Source: Takakia lepidozioides
Taxonomy: Eukaryota > Plantae > Bryophyta
NCBI GenBank assembly: GCA_030704615.1
Contig: CM060734.1
Location: forward strand, 36,084,001-36,148,000
Direction of reading: 5' to 3'
Length of the DNA stretch: 64,000 nt
Shown here: one piece after another, positions 37,580 to 51,300 of the stretch
How the letters are laid out: the number at the start of each line of letters is the position of its first letter
How positions within the stretch are numbered: position 1 is the first letter of the stretch
The notes under the pieces: generated by a model
What the model saw: only the letters and a program-made list of their open reading frames with translations
Told to the model about the DNA's origin: nothing
Databases searched by the model: none
Program-made: the position numbers and the translations under genes

Positions 37580-38180
37580 TCCGTCGGACGGGACGGGACG
37601 GGACCGGACTGGCCCCGCCGGACGCCCACTTATAAAGAAGCGGCGGCGCCCGTCGTGGACTTTGCACACCCCTGGGCCACACCGGATGAAATGTGGATGC
37701 CATCCATTCGCCAAACCTTTGACCTGCCCTCCTGCACTTCCGCAGGCCTGCGGGCAGCGACAACGGCAACCGGTTTGGCAGGTCGCTGGCAGCCGCGCGG
37801 GTGGCGACAGGCCTGGCCGCTGCCTCAATCATTTCCGGGACGGGTGGCCCGGCCCGGCCGCTTTCCGCGACTGTAACTGTAACTGCGACTGTGACAGTAA
37901 CTGCAACCGTAACTGTAGCCCTCTGCCGTCGCCGCGACGCCAGTGCGACAGCGCCGGGTCCCCCCCCAGTTGGCCGGTCGCCTGTCGCGGAATATCATCC
38001 AATTCTACGTTCGTCCATCTCTTGGGCGCCCGCGACGTTCCTGGGGTTTGGAGATGGTGAAGTTCTGTTGATGTGGATGGATGTCGTCCGAGCAGACTCC
38101 CAGAAAGAGCCCATGTATAACGACCTGCCGCCGGGTCAACCAACCTTCCCGGAGAAGCTGTCCCTGTTGTCCCTGTGAGG
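37580..38180. other. GC-rich island, probable DNA-transposon subterminal fragment
   Basis: Abrupt high-GC, CpG-rich block with (gggac)n and (actgtr)n microrepeats. It is similar in character to 24310-24690. No credible protein. Confidence 0.4.
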
Positions 38181-38340
38181 CCTGTCCCTACATTAATTTA
38201 ACTTACCCATCATGCTGCCTATCATTCTTTTACCCCGCTCACTGTCCCGGGCTTTCAGTTGCCAGTTGACAATATGCAGGTTTTGAAGGAAAATGTGGTG
38301 GCTTTTACCTGGCTAGTAAGTAGTGGGTAGTAAGATCTAA

Positions 38341-38495
38341 AAGCAGCAGTTGGGGGACGGCAGTTGGGGGACGGACCGTCCCTCTTCACACACCAAATTT
38401 TCAGGGGAGTGTGGTGAACCAATGAGCAGCCTCATAGGGGGGGGGTGGATGGATGAAGGATGAAGGATGGATGTGGTTTACCAAACTGGCAGCCC
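38341..38495. mobile_element. Possible Tourist-like MITE remnant
   Basis: taa|aagcagcagttggg ... ccaaactggcagccc|taa gives imperfect TIRs with TAA flanks. There is an internal gcagttgggggacgg duplication. Confidence 0.35.
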
Positions 38496-39989
38496 TAAGC
38501 TTGTAGTTTGGATTCCCGGGGAGGGAAAGGAGGGTATAGAATGATTGTTGGACTGCTTCCAAAGGCAAAAGCGCATGTCTCGGTTTTGCGTCGACAGAAT
38601 CTGAACGTCAGGATATTTTTTTGGGGCAAGAAATAACACGAGGGCACTTCGAAGGGAAAGGAGGTGGAGTAAATTAGCAAGTGCAGTAAGATTTAGGGAT
38701 TAGAGGGGAGGGAGGGTGCAGTTGTGAGGAGGGAGAGGGGATGAAGGGATGGGGGAAAGAGGTCGGTTACAGGCAGACGGTGTGTTACTAGTAGTGACAA
38801 GCATAGTGGGTAGTTTTTTTGAAACAGTCGTCTTGCTGGTCTCGAGCGAGAAAGACTGTTTGTGGAGATGGGGCGATGGGGGATGTAGTGCAGGGAGGGG
38901 AGTGGAGGTAGGAGAGGAGGAAGATGGAGTAGCCGGGAAGGTGAGTGCTGGGAAAAGTCTTGCTGGTATGGAGGTTTAGACAGAATCTTTGATTGGTACT
39001 GGAGGGGGGAGGTTAGAGAGGTCTGGCTATGGAGCTGCGACTCACAGTTGGGTGAGGTGACACGGGGAGCACGAAAGGGAGGAGGGCTGGGCAGAAAGAG
39101 GTATTGTTGTACAGTTTTAGTTTGGGTTTTTTGTTTTTTTTGGCGTTGAGTGTCCTAGACACGGAGAAGGCGGAGGAGGGATCGTGAGGGAGGATTGTGT
39201 CATATTGGGTACTGCAACGTGACTGCAGAAATTTGTCTCAGCGTAAGAATACGTGGGTTGTGATGATTCGCCTAGATGAGAGTAATTTCTGAGGCCTGCG
39301 GGAAGGGAGGGACAGAGAGGTAAAGCTTGTAGGGTGGCGATGCAAAATTTCCCATGAGTTCGAACGTGGTAGTGGGGAAAGATTGAGGAAACTCGGAGTT
39401 TGCAATATATTCAAGAGGGACCGACACCCCTGCAGGGACTTGTGTTTCCAGCGAATCTGACTTTTGGACATCTTGGGAGTTCTTGGATGATCTGTTTCTA
39501 GATTTGACAAATGCCAAGCAGTGCAGGGATCCCTTATCTGTGATTTCTTCATTTGTCTCTTGGAGATGCCTCCCCACGTAAGCTCGCGTGGAATTTCAAG
39601 AACCTCGTTGGATTGTTAAAAACAAAGTTGGCTCTTTTTATTCGTTCATGTTTCTCTCATCAAGCCAATGCACAACGAGTTATCTTCACAGAAACAGAGA
39701 CAGATTGTGAGCGAGAATGATTTAGATTCAAGGGAACCAGAGAAGTTGAATGCTTGGAAATCCGCACCATTGGAACGTGGGAATATAGTGTTAGGACGAT
39801 ACATAGGTACATTTGTACAGAAAGGGAGAAAGATGGAGATGCACATCTTCAGAGACATCAGTGGAGAATATGACAGTATGTCAATTGTGAAACAGACGCA
39901 GAGGAGTGTGCGGCCGGGGTATGGCACTTGTGGGAAATGATTTGATAAAAAGAAGGCACAAACACTCACACATGCGTATGCGTGCAAAG

Positions 39990-42838
39990 ATGGATAGAGC
40001 CTCGGCTCATTTGGCAGATAAGCAAGAAAGCTGGGGAAGGGAAGGCGACAGAAGTTCTCTCCTCCGGGGGTTGGGTGGGCCCTCTGGTCTTACAGCGGGA
40101 GGAAGTTCCCCTGGGAATGGTGTTTGGCCGCAACGGGAGAACGTGACTCTGCATGGGAACCTTGACTATGAACAGCCCTACATGGGAGTGGAGATAGACA
40201 GAGGTCGTCTTTCCTTGGAAGAAAGGGAGATCGTTGCCCCGGAGAGAGAAATTGTAGTGTTGTTGGACACAGATCAGCTGAGGGAAGGGGGCGGGGGAGA
40301 GGTAGAGGTGGAAGAGAGGGATGGAGAGGAAGACGAAGGAGGGGAAGATAATGCTTCGGGAGAAAGAGAAAAAATGGTGGGCGAGGGAGAGGAGGGTGAG
40401 CGGAATGATTACTTGGGTGGTGGAAGCAACAAAGCGGAGGATAGGGTTTATCGTCCTGGGGTTTGGACCCTGAAAGAAAGTCTCGTTCTCCTAGAAGCCA
40501 AGAAAAGGGAGAAGGAGATCCTCTCGGGGTCTAAGCGCAACAGTGTTTCTGCAGACGAGAAATGGCGTGCAGTGGCAGAGTATTGTTGGAGCAAAGGGGT
40601 GCAGCGATCCAAAGAGCAATGCAGATTCAAGTGGGAGAACACCATGCCCGATTTCAAAAAGGTGAGGGAACATGAAGACGACAGAGGGGAGGAGGACAAA
40701 TCGTACTTTGAGATGGAGAGTTGGCAAAGGAAGCAGCACAATCTACCGCCCAACTTAAATAGAGACCTATACACTATAATGGACGAGCTTCTTGTGCGAC
40801 GGCCACCGAAACAAGGGACCCCTAGCAGTGTGAAGAAAGAAGTAAGAGAGAAGAAGAAGGAAACTGCTCATATGGATCAGGTGTCAGTACTGGAGGCGGC
40901 CGTTGCAGCCCTTCCCTCTGGAGAGGAGGTGCTTGATGAGCGCGCTATTAGGGATGCTATTGCTTGTAGGGATTCCATAGGAGTAGTAGGGCCAGAGCCT
41001 AGTAGGGGCGAAACGCGAGAGAGAAGCGGTGAAGGGCAGAGTTCTGTGTGGGAGAGGTTTACGCCAGACCCAAAAGGAAGTGCTAGAAAGCGACGTAAAA
41101 AAACACACGAGACACGAGAACCTGAAAGAGTGGAGGGGCTTGAACAAAGGCGGGATGTTGATAGAGGCGGTGTTTCAGCGATCCTCGCAGGATTTCGAGA
41201 GGGGAATGGTGCGACCAATGCTGTCAGGCCAGAAGTTCGATCGGGATCAGTTCTTATCAGTGAGGTTCCGAATCGAGGAACAGGAGTCCAACTGGTTAGG
41301 GTAGAAGCCAACCGTGAGGCAGCGCACAAGCACATGGGTCATGGTCGATCTGAAACGGGGGAGAAGAGTCCCGCCAAGAGTAGGAAAAAAACAGGAGCTG
41401 CTGCCTCTCCCCCGGAGCAACCCACGGAATTCAATACCACAGAAAGGGAAGGGGAGAAATCTAGAGAGTATCTAGCGAAAATAGAAGAAAGGAAAGATGC
41501 CAGGTATTGCTTAATCCCAATTACAACTTTTGTTTCCTAGCTCTGTTGTCTGGCTGTTGCTGAGGTATACGTACTCTTCCGAGTGACAATTAGAATGCGG
41601 TCTATCATCCAAGGGGTCAAGGCAATCTGCATATTTTACCTCACTGCAATAGCTTTTCGAAGACTTTGTAGTTCCCCTCACAAACACTGGCTGGGTTGGA
41701 TGGCCCACTGAAAATTGATTGTAGATGGAAGTGCGCAAGATGCCCCTGCCCACAGTCAGCCCTCAGATTGTACATTAGAGATTACAGAGTGAGCACGAAT
41801 GTGATATGGAATGTGGAAATTTCCACCTGTACATTTTTTCTTCATTGCCTCTTTTTGTTTGAAATATGGTCCTTTTTACTGGTCGACCGTATACATCCCA
41901 AATTGTGTGTCTATGTCAACCCTTCTGTCTAAATGAAGGGTGAAGTTATCACTGATAGCCTGACCAGTTTGCAATGTTGGATATGGCCTGCGGAAGTGTT
42001 TCATTTGAAGAGATCTCCCTACACTCTCTTCGTTTTATGGTGGTCAGTGGTAGAAAAAGTTCTAATCAACTTGAAACAAGAGTGCTTGCAATTCTTTTGG
42101 CCAGCATGTGACATGGTATGTTTGGCTCTCTTTGGTGAGGAGGAAGGCCCTGGGCTGGAAGTCTTCTGCTCCATATTTGGACATGATTGTTCTGAGTTGC
42201 CATGAGAAAAGGTTTCTCTGCAAAATATCTCTGATCAGACTGGAAATCTAGATATGTATGAGTTGACACCAACAGATAGGCAGGTCGGATTAGGTGACTG
42301 ATTGCCAAGTATCGCTCAACTCCTATTGGCTTTGAATACTTGTCATCTCATATGCATCTTATTGTTGTCCACAGTTTTGTTGTTGTATTTTTCATGGATT
42401 TGGCCTAGAGCTACTAAATTGATCTTTTGTTCATCATGCCAGCTCAGTTTGTGTTGTGTAGGTCATTTCACTTGTGTGCAGCCTGTTTGGTACATATTTT
42501 TGAACTAATGGATTTGGAAAGCCGAAAAAGGACTAGAAAGTCTCTCTTATATTTACCATTTGTGAGATATCTTAACTAGCATGTCCGTTATTATTTGCCT
42601 GACAAGCTGTTGAAAGAAAATTTTCTATGCATTATTGTGTCTTCTTCCTCTCATTTGCGTGGTCTGATGACCTACTTTTTACATTCTGCATCTTTTGTGT
42701 GCCAGGCATCGAGAGCTGGTAGCACTTGAGAGAGAGAAGCTTCTGGCAAATAAAGAAGCAATGGCCACTGTTGCCACAGCTCTCAACAATGTGGCAACTG
42801 CGTTTTTGAAGATGGCGGACCTGCTGCAGCGGCGCTAG
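39990..42838 (+). CDS. Trihelix / Myb-SANT-like transcription factor (SH4/ASR3-type), 2 coding exons
   Basis: Exon 1 runs to 41503: WTLKESLVLLEAKK...DEKWRAVAEYCWSKGVQRSKEQCRFKWENTMPDFKKVREHE...KSYFEMESWQRKQHNLPPNL. GT-AG intron 41504-42705. Exon 2 is 42706-42838: (R)HRELVALEREKLLANKEAMATVATALNNVATAFLKMADLLQRR*. The start is uncertain (in-frame ATGs at 39921, 39972, 39978, 39990). Confidence 0.88.
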
Positions 42839-45363
42839 TCAAGTGGACAGATACTGATAACTCCCCTGTGGTTTTGTTTTACTCTTTTCTGGCGGGTACT
42901 CTAACAGGTTCCGTTTTTGGTTACGTGAGCAATTTTTGTAGTAAAAAGGCTTTTCTGATTTGTTGAAAATGTTGAATTGCATCTTTTTTAGCAGTTGTGT
43001 TCCCAAGGTGTGGTATGATGGCAGTGCTCACTCTCTTTCTCCTCTCCTTCCCAGTTTTTATCTATTCTCCTTTTCTTGCTATTCATCCTCACCTCATCTT
43101 TCTCTCTCATCTGATGAAGTATGTCACTCTCATACCAACTAAAAGATATTTGTTCAAAGCAGCCATTCAGCACTTGCTTTATGGTTTCACTCGGTCTGTA
43201 ACTTGCTTGTTGTGCTTGTGCTTGCTATGGTATTGTTGCCGGATGTTCAGTAAGCCTAGGACCTTTTCTTGGTGAGTAGTGGATGGTAATTCGGATCGCC
43301 TTGTGGGAGGTACTTCATTTTGGTCAGTGATGATCCTGAAACATCCACAAGCAGCGTTGAGCCTGCTCCTGAGGTTACACTAAACAAGTGTTTCTCTTTG
43401 GCACACTTTCTACTTATGTCTTGGTAAACATCCACCTTGTACACTAAGTTTGTCCCTAGTTGGAAATTGTTAAGGCCGACACAGTAGGAGGAAGTGAGTG
43501 ACTTAACTTTAACCAACAACTAACTTCCCTGAAAAGTTTTGGTTAGCCTGTCAAGTTCTCCAGCAGATTTAATTGCTCAAACGGCCAACTTCTTAGTTTC
43601 TCAGTCAAGTACTACATTCCTTACTAGCCTGCGCCTTTTTAATTACGTGTCAGAGTTGATGAATTCCCTCATCAAGTCAAATGACTTTCCATACTGTTAA
43701 GATCACCAGGAAAATTGTCAGTCAGTCATCCATAAGCTTCAAGACGTTTCTGCTCGAGTATAAGGTCCCGCTGAGGCTTGAGCAACATCTACAACTTTTG
43801 GAGTGTTGTTGAGGTATCACGCCATGTTAAGTACCTAGATACAGAGTGTTCCTGCGATATTCTTGCTATATCTTTTGCCAGAAAGCTCTGTGGATGAAAA
43901 GTCTTGTAAGTGAATAAAAATAAAATAAAAAGTGAAGCTCATTGACTTATATGAGAGTAAACAATGCCTCCTTTGAAGTGGGCAGATGCTGGTTTGTCCT
44001 CTGTATGTTAGAGGCCCTGCATTTCATGGCACCACAGGCACAATTTAGTTCGCTCTTACCGGGCTCACCCAAAAAATTATGGAGGTGGCTTCCCCACTAG
44101 AATGGACCAGCAGGGCCCGTTCTCGAACCCCTAGGTACACCAAGGTGAGCAAACCAGGAGACAAAATGTGAGCTAGATTCCTTAGGTGGGCCAACAAAGA
44201 CGTAGCATCTTGCTGAGGCCAATGCCATGGGGTGTACCTACAGTGCACAGTGGGCGATTTCACCGGTTGTCTTGTGTCGAGTTCGAAAACAAAAGCCCTT
44301 GATTCCAAGGCATTCTCAAGAGTCAAGAGTCACAGCAGGCGCCTCCCAGCATATAGGAACCCAGAGCTTATCAACTTATTACTGGGAAGGAAGTTGTCCG
44401 GAAGAGAAAGAGGTACCAATCATGAGTGTGATGATGAGGCGAAGCAAAGCAACGAGTGAGCGTGATACATGTCATCTTTCGCCGGCGACCGTGCGCTTCT
44501 CTTCTGACATGCGCAGCTCTGCAGGACTCCAATCCCTGCGCAGGGCTTGCACTTGTCGCTTGCAGATGGCCGGTGCCCATCTTCCAAGATCATGCCATGC
44601 GCTTGTCTGCAGGCCAGGACTTTCATTCCTGGCCAGACTCCAGCTCCACAACGATTTTAATGTGCAGCCCTCCGTACTTCCTAGTGTGTTTGTGACGTAT
44701 GAGAGACTTTGAATGGCACCTTCAGAATTCTTTCTCCTCCTGTACTGTAGCATTTTGTTTTTCATTGTAGCTAGAGGCTTATTACTGGTTACCCTTAACT
44801 ATAGGTCATTTGCCTATTGTATCTTCCCAAGTGTGCTGTGCCTCATCTTTACAGGCCAAACAACATATAATTTTCCCAACATGCCTTTCCCTTTGCGGCA
44901 ATTGGGCACCAGAAAAGAGTAGGGTCACAAATTCTGTACACAAACTATCCTGTAGTTGAAAACGGAGATTACCAAGGTATTTTCTGTAGACTATATATAA
45001 CCGAAATAACTACTGTGAGTAGGGGTGAGGTAAGATTACACACGTCAACCTCATTAACTCTGTGCGCATGCACAAAAAATTACAAGACTTTTTCCAAGGG
45101 CGTCCATATTGCTTTCTCACCCTACCTCTGCTTTTAGTACTAAGGATCAGTACTAAGGAACAGTACAATTCTTGAAAGATTAGGGTGGACTTCCAATGGT
45201 GAGTATGGATATTTGACCAGTAAATTAAGTAACAGTTGCAAGAATGATGACAAAGGGCTTCCCAAGCAAAGTTGGCTCCATAAGTTGAAAATAGTCTAGT
45301 GAAATTCTTCAGTGGTGCTGCCAAATGTAACAAACAAACAGTGTAGTGCTACAGTAATCGAAC

Positions 45364-48300
45364 TTACAAGTGCAATAGTTGGAAACAGTCAACAGCTGAT
45401 GGTCTTTGATCTGGGTTAGCTTGCATGCTATGCCGTTGTAGCTCTCTTAGATTCTCACTGACTGCGATTCCTGATGTCTTGATTAAATAACCAATTGCCC
45501 AGATATCCACTTTTACACCATGTCCTCCTTTGGACACTTCAGGTGCATGGCTTTGGCGATGTAGGTTATGGGGTAACATCTGCAGAGTACCAAAGGGATG
45601 AGAAGTGGGTTAGGGGATCAGATTACACCAGGAACTAATGAGAGCAAGATGCGTATTTGTAACACTACCATTTCTAGAATCCCACGACAGGCTCTGTGAG
45701 GACTACAGCAACTATGCCCTGAATGTTATGTCATATTTCATATTCAATGAGTGTATCTCCTTGAACACTCTCATTGGCAAAAGTAAGATGATAGAATGGC
45801 CTGAGCCATAACTGACCTGGGGGGCCACACTTCCATCCTCAAAATCAATTAGAAACCATTCATTTGTTTCTGGTTTCTTCATCACATTTGCCCACCGGAT
45901 GTCACGGTGCATGAAGGACTGCTGGTGCAAGACAATCAATGCACTGACCACACATCGAAGGGCTTCGATCAGTTGCTGCAGTGTTGTGGGTTTGATTGGA
46001 TGTCCTCGTGGCTTGAATATCACTGCCAATTCATCCTCCTGCTTAGTCCCCAATCACCAAACCACATGCACAAAAAGAAATGGGCATCAGCTTGATCTTC
46101 ATAACAATCTTCCAGACCCTAAGATACACAGCAGCCCTATGTTGCGTTTCCAGGCAGAACTGCACAAGGCTTCCAGGTCATATCTGAAGCCCTTCAAAAC
46201 GTTGGAGGTCCTCTGGAACCCTGGTGAACAAGTTTTGAGTTACAGAACTTCTTGCAGATCAAATTGAGTCAGCCGGGGGGGACTAACAGCCCCTGTAATT
46301 ATTGTTAGCTGTCAAATCCAAATTGTATGCAAGTGTGATGGAAAAAGGTTGCAGGACGTTACTTCTGTCAGATGGATGTAGTCGGCAAAGGGGATTTTAT
46401 GACCCAGACACCCATAAATTTGAATCACACTGGCCCACTTCTCGTGCGTTGGATAAATCTTTTTCACCTGAGTCCGCAAAATCTCAACGACTTTACCATT
46501 TCCTCTGTTGATCTTCTCGTAGTCACTGTGTATATGGCTATGGCTGCTACACCATTCAGCAATTGTTGTAAGCAACCGTGCAATATTCCAACAAGGAATG
46601 AGGGTGCCCATTCGGTCTTGAGGAGTGGACAGGCTAACAGAAAGCAGATCCGTGCAGATGATGCAATTTTCCAGGTCCTGGCTCAAGGCACAAAATGTCA
46701 CCTGCAGGGAGGGAGAGAGAGATAGGGGCAGAGAGTCAGATATTTCCAAGGAAATTGTCCTGCTCTGGTTTGAATGTAGTGCGCACTTTAAAGGAATACT
46801 AGCTTCTGCAGAACTCACCCATCAGTTGAGACCGTACATGGCTATGTCTTCTTCAATGGAGGGCTACTAATTGATAATAGCAAGATGTACTCTTCCATGT
46901 CCCATAAAGCAAATTCACCTTATGATGTTCAAATAACCCATTTGCACCTGCATGCTTGCAGCATGGTAGCCCAAAATATATGGCAGATCTCCATATGTCC
47001 AAAGCAACTTGTCCATAAGTCCTCTGGAGGCAGTATCATCCTCACTGGCAGGCTCTGATTGGTAAAGGCTTTCTTCTCCCCTCCAGACACAGAAGAACTT
47101 GATCCCCTCATGCCGAATCAACCCAGTCACATTTGGGCGCAGCATTTCAGTAGATGAAGCTCCATAGCCAGGATTTCGATCAAACACCATCTCTCCCTCA
47201 CAAAATGTTTTGACAACTCTGTTGATGCAATCATCCCAGAGGCCAATGAAAGACTCTTTTGTGGTGCCCACATGTGGTGGGCGGAGGAGGGGTGCAACCA
47301 CCTGATGGATAAAATCTCTGCAGTCAATCTCCAGTGATGGCTCGAAGAATGTGTCTTTTCCAGGGGGTAGTTCGTTGTAAACATCTATCTGGACAGGGAA
47401 CCGGTGCTCTTTTCTGGGGGGGACCTGCAGCCAGGTGGCAAGCTCCGAGAGGGGTGGAATGGAAGGGGCTTGGGTTTTCAAACTCCCCAGGAATAGCTTG
47501 GTTCGATCAGGCAGCGCTGTGAGGTTTGCTGCACAGAATCAAAGCACTTTACAATGATCCTCAGTATTTGAGATGGCTTGGGTTTTGCCATTTTGTATAC
47601 ATTGCATCCCATTAGAATGACTCTAACAATCCATCTGGAAAAAAGTGCAATAATGACAAGGGCAACATGCTATTAACCTCAGTGACTAGATTCATCCTCT
47701 TCATGCCCATAATCTGAGGGCCCTGGGTCTGAAACTCAGCTAAAAATTTCCACTGCGTTCATTTGCACTGGATAAAAATCCTGTACTCAGATTCAGTGTT
47801 GATGAAAAGGCAGTTGTTAATACCCCACTAGAAAGCATTCCACCACTATTACTGTAGCTCTCTACCATGGGGTAAATCTGACACACATGGCCGCAATTGC
47901 ACATCCAGTCACACTGTAACAGAAAGGGCAGAATGCAGCTCCCAGTGTAGCGGGGTTATTGTACTGATGGCCGTACTGTAGAATGCCAGAGGAACCTGCC
48001 TAGAGGGGTGGATGCTGAAGCTTTAATCTAAATGTGTACCATATGGTTATTAGTTATTAGTTCCAGTTGTATACAATGGTGTCATTACTCTATTGCACAT
48101 TGGTATGAGGTGAGAAGCCCTATATCCACCAGTTAGCAGATTTCCAAAGCATTTTGGTGGTTGATCCCGGACACATTAAGGATCGTGGGAGTATTTGAAC
48201 CAGATCTAGAGAGAGATGGGGGGTGGCAGGGTATGGAGCATACCAGCTGAATGGGTTGGTGGGGATTGTCCAACTGCAGAAACCCACACATCAACAATTC

Positions 48301-51300
48301 CATCAAAAAAGGGTGTGCAGGATGCATAGTAAATAGCTTCTACACAGACGATAGGAACAGACGGATTCAAATATTGTTATGGCCACTTGTTCATTCCAAG
48401 AAATTCAACTACAGGTCTCTTTGAGTAGCAGCACCACACCGTTCAAGGTGGTTTGGCAGAACTGGACATAGCTCAATTCGAGTACAAGGAAATTGAAGGA
48501 AAACACCTTCCTTAATGGGCTATGACCAACAGAACATTGGCTTGCCAGCCAGTTCTTATTTGCAACCAGCAGCTTAGGAACAGTGGGGTGGCAAGGTGTG
48601 AAGGGATTCCATCCAGACAGGGTCTGTCTACCGATGCTCTACCCATGTTGTCCACAGGCAATGTCAGACTTGATTCAGATAGTCCACAGATTGAGATAGG
48701 CAGACTTGAGGACATATCAAGTGAGGAAAGGATACAGTGGAGATATATTTCTTGTTCTTCTGACCAATACAAATTGGGATGAGAGATATTACTGCATGCT
48801 CAGACAGTCTCATCTGTATCTGAGGCCTTTCATTAGAAGACCAGGTTACCTGATCTATCTCCAGGCAGCATTTCACTAATTTCACCGGCTTATTTTGGGA
48901 CAGCTTTTCAGTCTGTTTTGGAAATCTCATTCCTAACTTTCTTTTGGTCCCATAGGCTCTTTAGATCTATAGCCGTAATAGATATTTTTGTCTTCTTCAC
49001 TACCCACATAGACTCCAATTCAACAAACTCAGCAGAAGGCATGACACACGAAAACTCACAAGCCTACCAGAATTGCGCCTGCCCAAAACCCTCAAAATCT
49101 GCCCAGGAACAAATGTATCAGTTGAGAACCCCCGCAACGGTCCTTCCTCAAATGCTTCGATTACATTGCCTGTCCAATTATCATCCAAGAACACCAATTC
49201 ATTGGCATTGAAAAAATTTACATTCTCCAGCCTTAACCGCCCATGGTCATTGTCTCCGTCCTCTCCCCATAATTGGAAGCTTTCATCCCAGACCATCTTC
49301 ACCTTCCCAATCCGTCCCAGGGAGGTCCCTCTTCTCTTATCTGATCCTTGCTGCAATTTGGCCCCTCGAGTCTCTGGGATTCTGCCTTGCGGAGGGGCTG
49401 CAAACAACACCACACTGCCCAATCCCAGATCAGAAGACGAGTTTTCTGCTCTTTTCCTGTACAACCAGAAATCATAAATGTAACAACATTGACATGATCT
49501 TGAACCCGCTTCAACCTATGCAATTGATCCAACCTGACTCTACATGGTGCTTCGAACACGAGCCGGCCAGCTGCAGCATGGACAGAATGGAATGGAATGG
49601 TGCTTTATAACGTCGGCGGAAAGCTCATAGAGCTTATGGGACAAAATGGACAGAGAAAATAACCAAGGCCTAAACTTGCAGCTGCTCTCGGGCAGAAGGG
49701 AATAGAAGAAAGTATATGTATGGGCGTTCTCGGGTGAAAATCAGAATTGAAACTGCAATCTATTCTCAAGACAACTCCATTTCAAATCTGCAGTTCCACC
49801 CACAAGATAGGTCTTCAAGTTGGCCACCAGAAGGGGCTTTAGCCGTCGATAAGGCAGACAAGAGCAAGAAGACCAAAGAGAGAGAGAAATTTGCTAGGTT
49901 CACTCGAGGCCCAGAGAGAGAAAGATACCTTTGCTTAAATCCTTACAGACAGGTTTTGGAGAGTCCTTGGGCCCATTTTTCCAGGGCACACGGAGACCAA
50001 CACTCCTGGTTGATTCACCCCGAGACATGCGGGGGGGAAGAGGAGGCCGTCTGTGGACCATAATTTGTGCCAATTCCTCGTAGACTTCATCATCAAAAGA
50101 AGCAGGCAAGCGGTAACATTTTCTTTCATAAGCAGAAAGTTTGAAATAGCTTTTCCCCACCTCCTGCCTCTCAGTCCCCCTCTCCCACTCGTGAACCTTC
50201 CGAAACTCCCCCAGCATATTGTCCCACTTTGTGGCTGCAATTTTTGCATCGCGTCGCACCCCATTTTCTTTAAGAAATTTGGCAACTTCTTGGTCTTTTT
50301 CTGATCGGGCTTTAGGTCTCACCAGTGGCTCTGTTGAATATTCAAATGTGAGGGGGAAGCCCAAGCCTTACAAACAAAGATATGACCTGAAGCAAGCAAA
50401 GTGAGCTCTAACCTAGAGCTACATTACAGAACGTACGCATGGGATTGCCGATAGAACTTTGCAAAAAACTCAAAAGCCCGATCCCAGATGCTTTTTGTTT
50501 ATGAAGGATAACCCCCTCCCGCCATAATCTTATTGCAAGCAATGCAGGAAAGTAACCCAATCTTTTGAGCTGGGATTTGGAGTAAGTATTATGGGTGTAA
50601 ATCAGTAATCAGACTACAAACATGTCGTGCTGACACAAAAGGGAGGAGGATTTGACAGTTTTGTCTTGTGTAGAAGTGGTTTGCACATGGGGCGCTCACC
50701 ATCACTGTCACCATCAAGTTTTGTTGATTCCCCGCAGATCTGAAGCCGCCAAGCCTTGGCGAGCCACAACATTTCACGTGCTTTCCAAACAGGAGACACG
50801 TACTTTCCCTTCCGCAAAGTTGGCATTGCCTCCAAACTGTCGGAGGACCTTTGTGAGACTGAAGGAGGTGCATCCCCCTGCGATATAGAGACTGAAGTGA
50901 AAGGGGAAAGAGAGGCGACAGGAGACGAGATAGTAGTAGGGAGAGAGGGAGGGGAAGCCAAGGGTGTTGATACCGCGCGAGGGGGAGTCCGGGTGGGTTG
51001 AGCCAAAGGCAGAGTAGAAGAAGACATCCCAGCGGGCAGTTTAGGAGTGGGAATTTCATTAAAAACTCGAGTGCTTTCGGGAGAGGTAGCAGCAGTTTGT
51101 GTGGTAAAACTTTCAGGGATGAGGATGGAAGGCCGGATTTCGTTTTTCTGGAGAGAAATAGTACTGTTTTGAGAAGGAAGCATAGTGTTTCGAGAAAAGA
51201 CTTCATTGTCTGGTGTGGAAGAGGACATCCCAGATTTATGAGGAAAGGTATTCTCCGCAATTTGGTTGCAACGAATCCCAGTGACTTCCATCACAACCTC

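Noticed and set aside
44045-44765. Small gene between the trihelix and kinase genes
   Set aside because: Overlapping ORFs on both strands without recognisable motifs; more likely a degraded retroelement 3' end.
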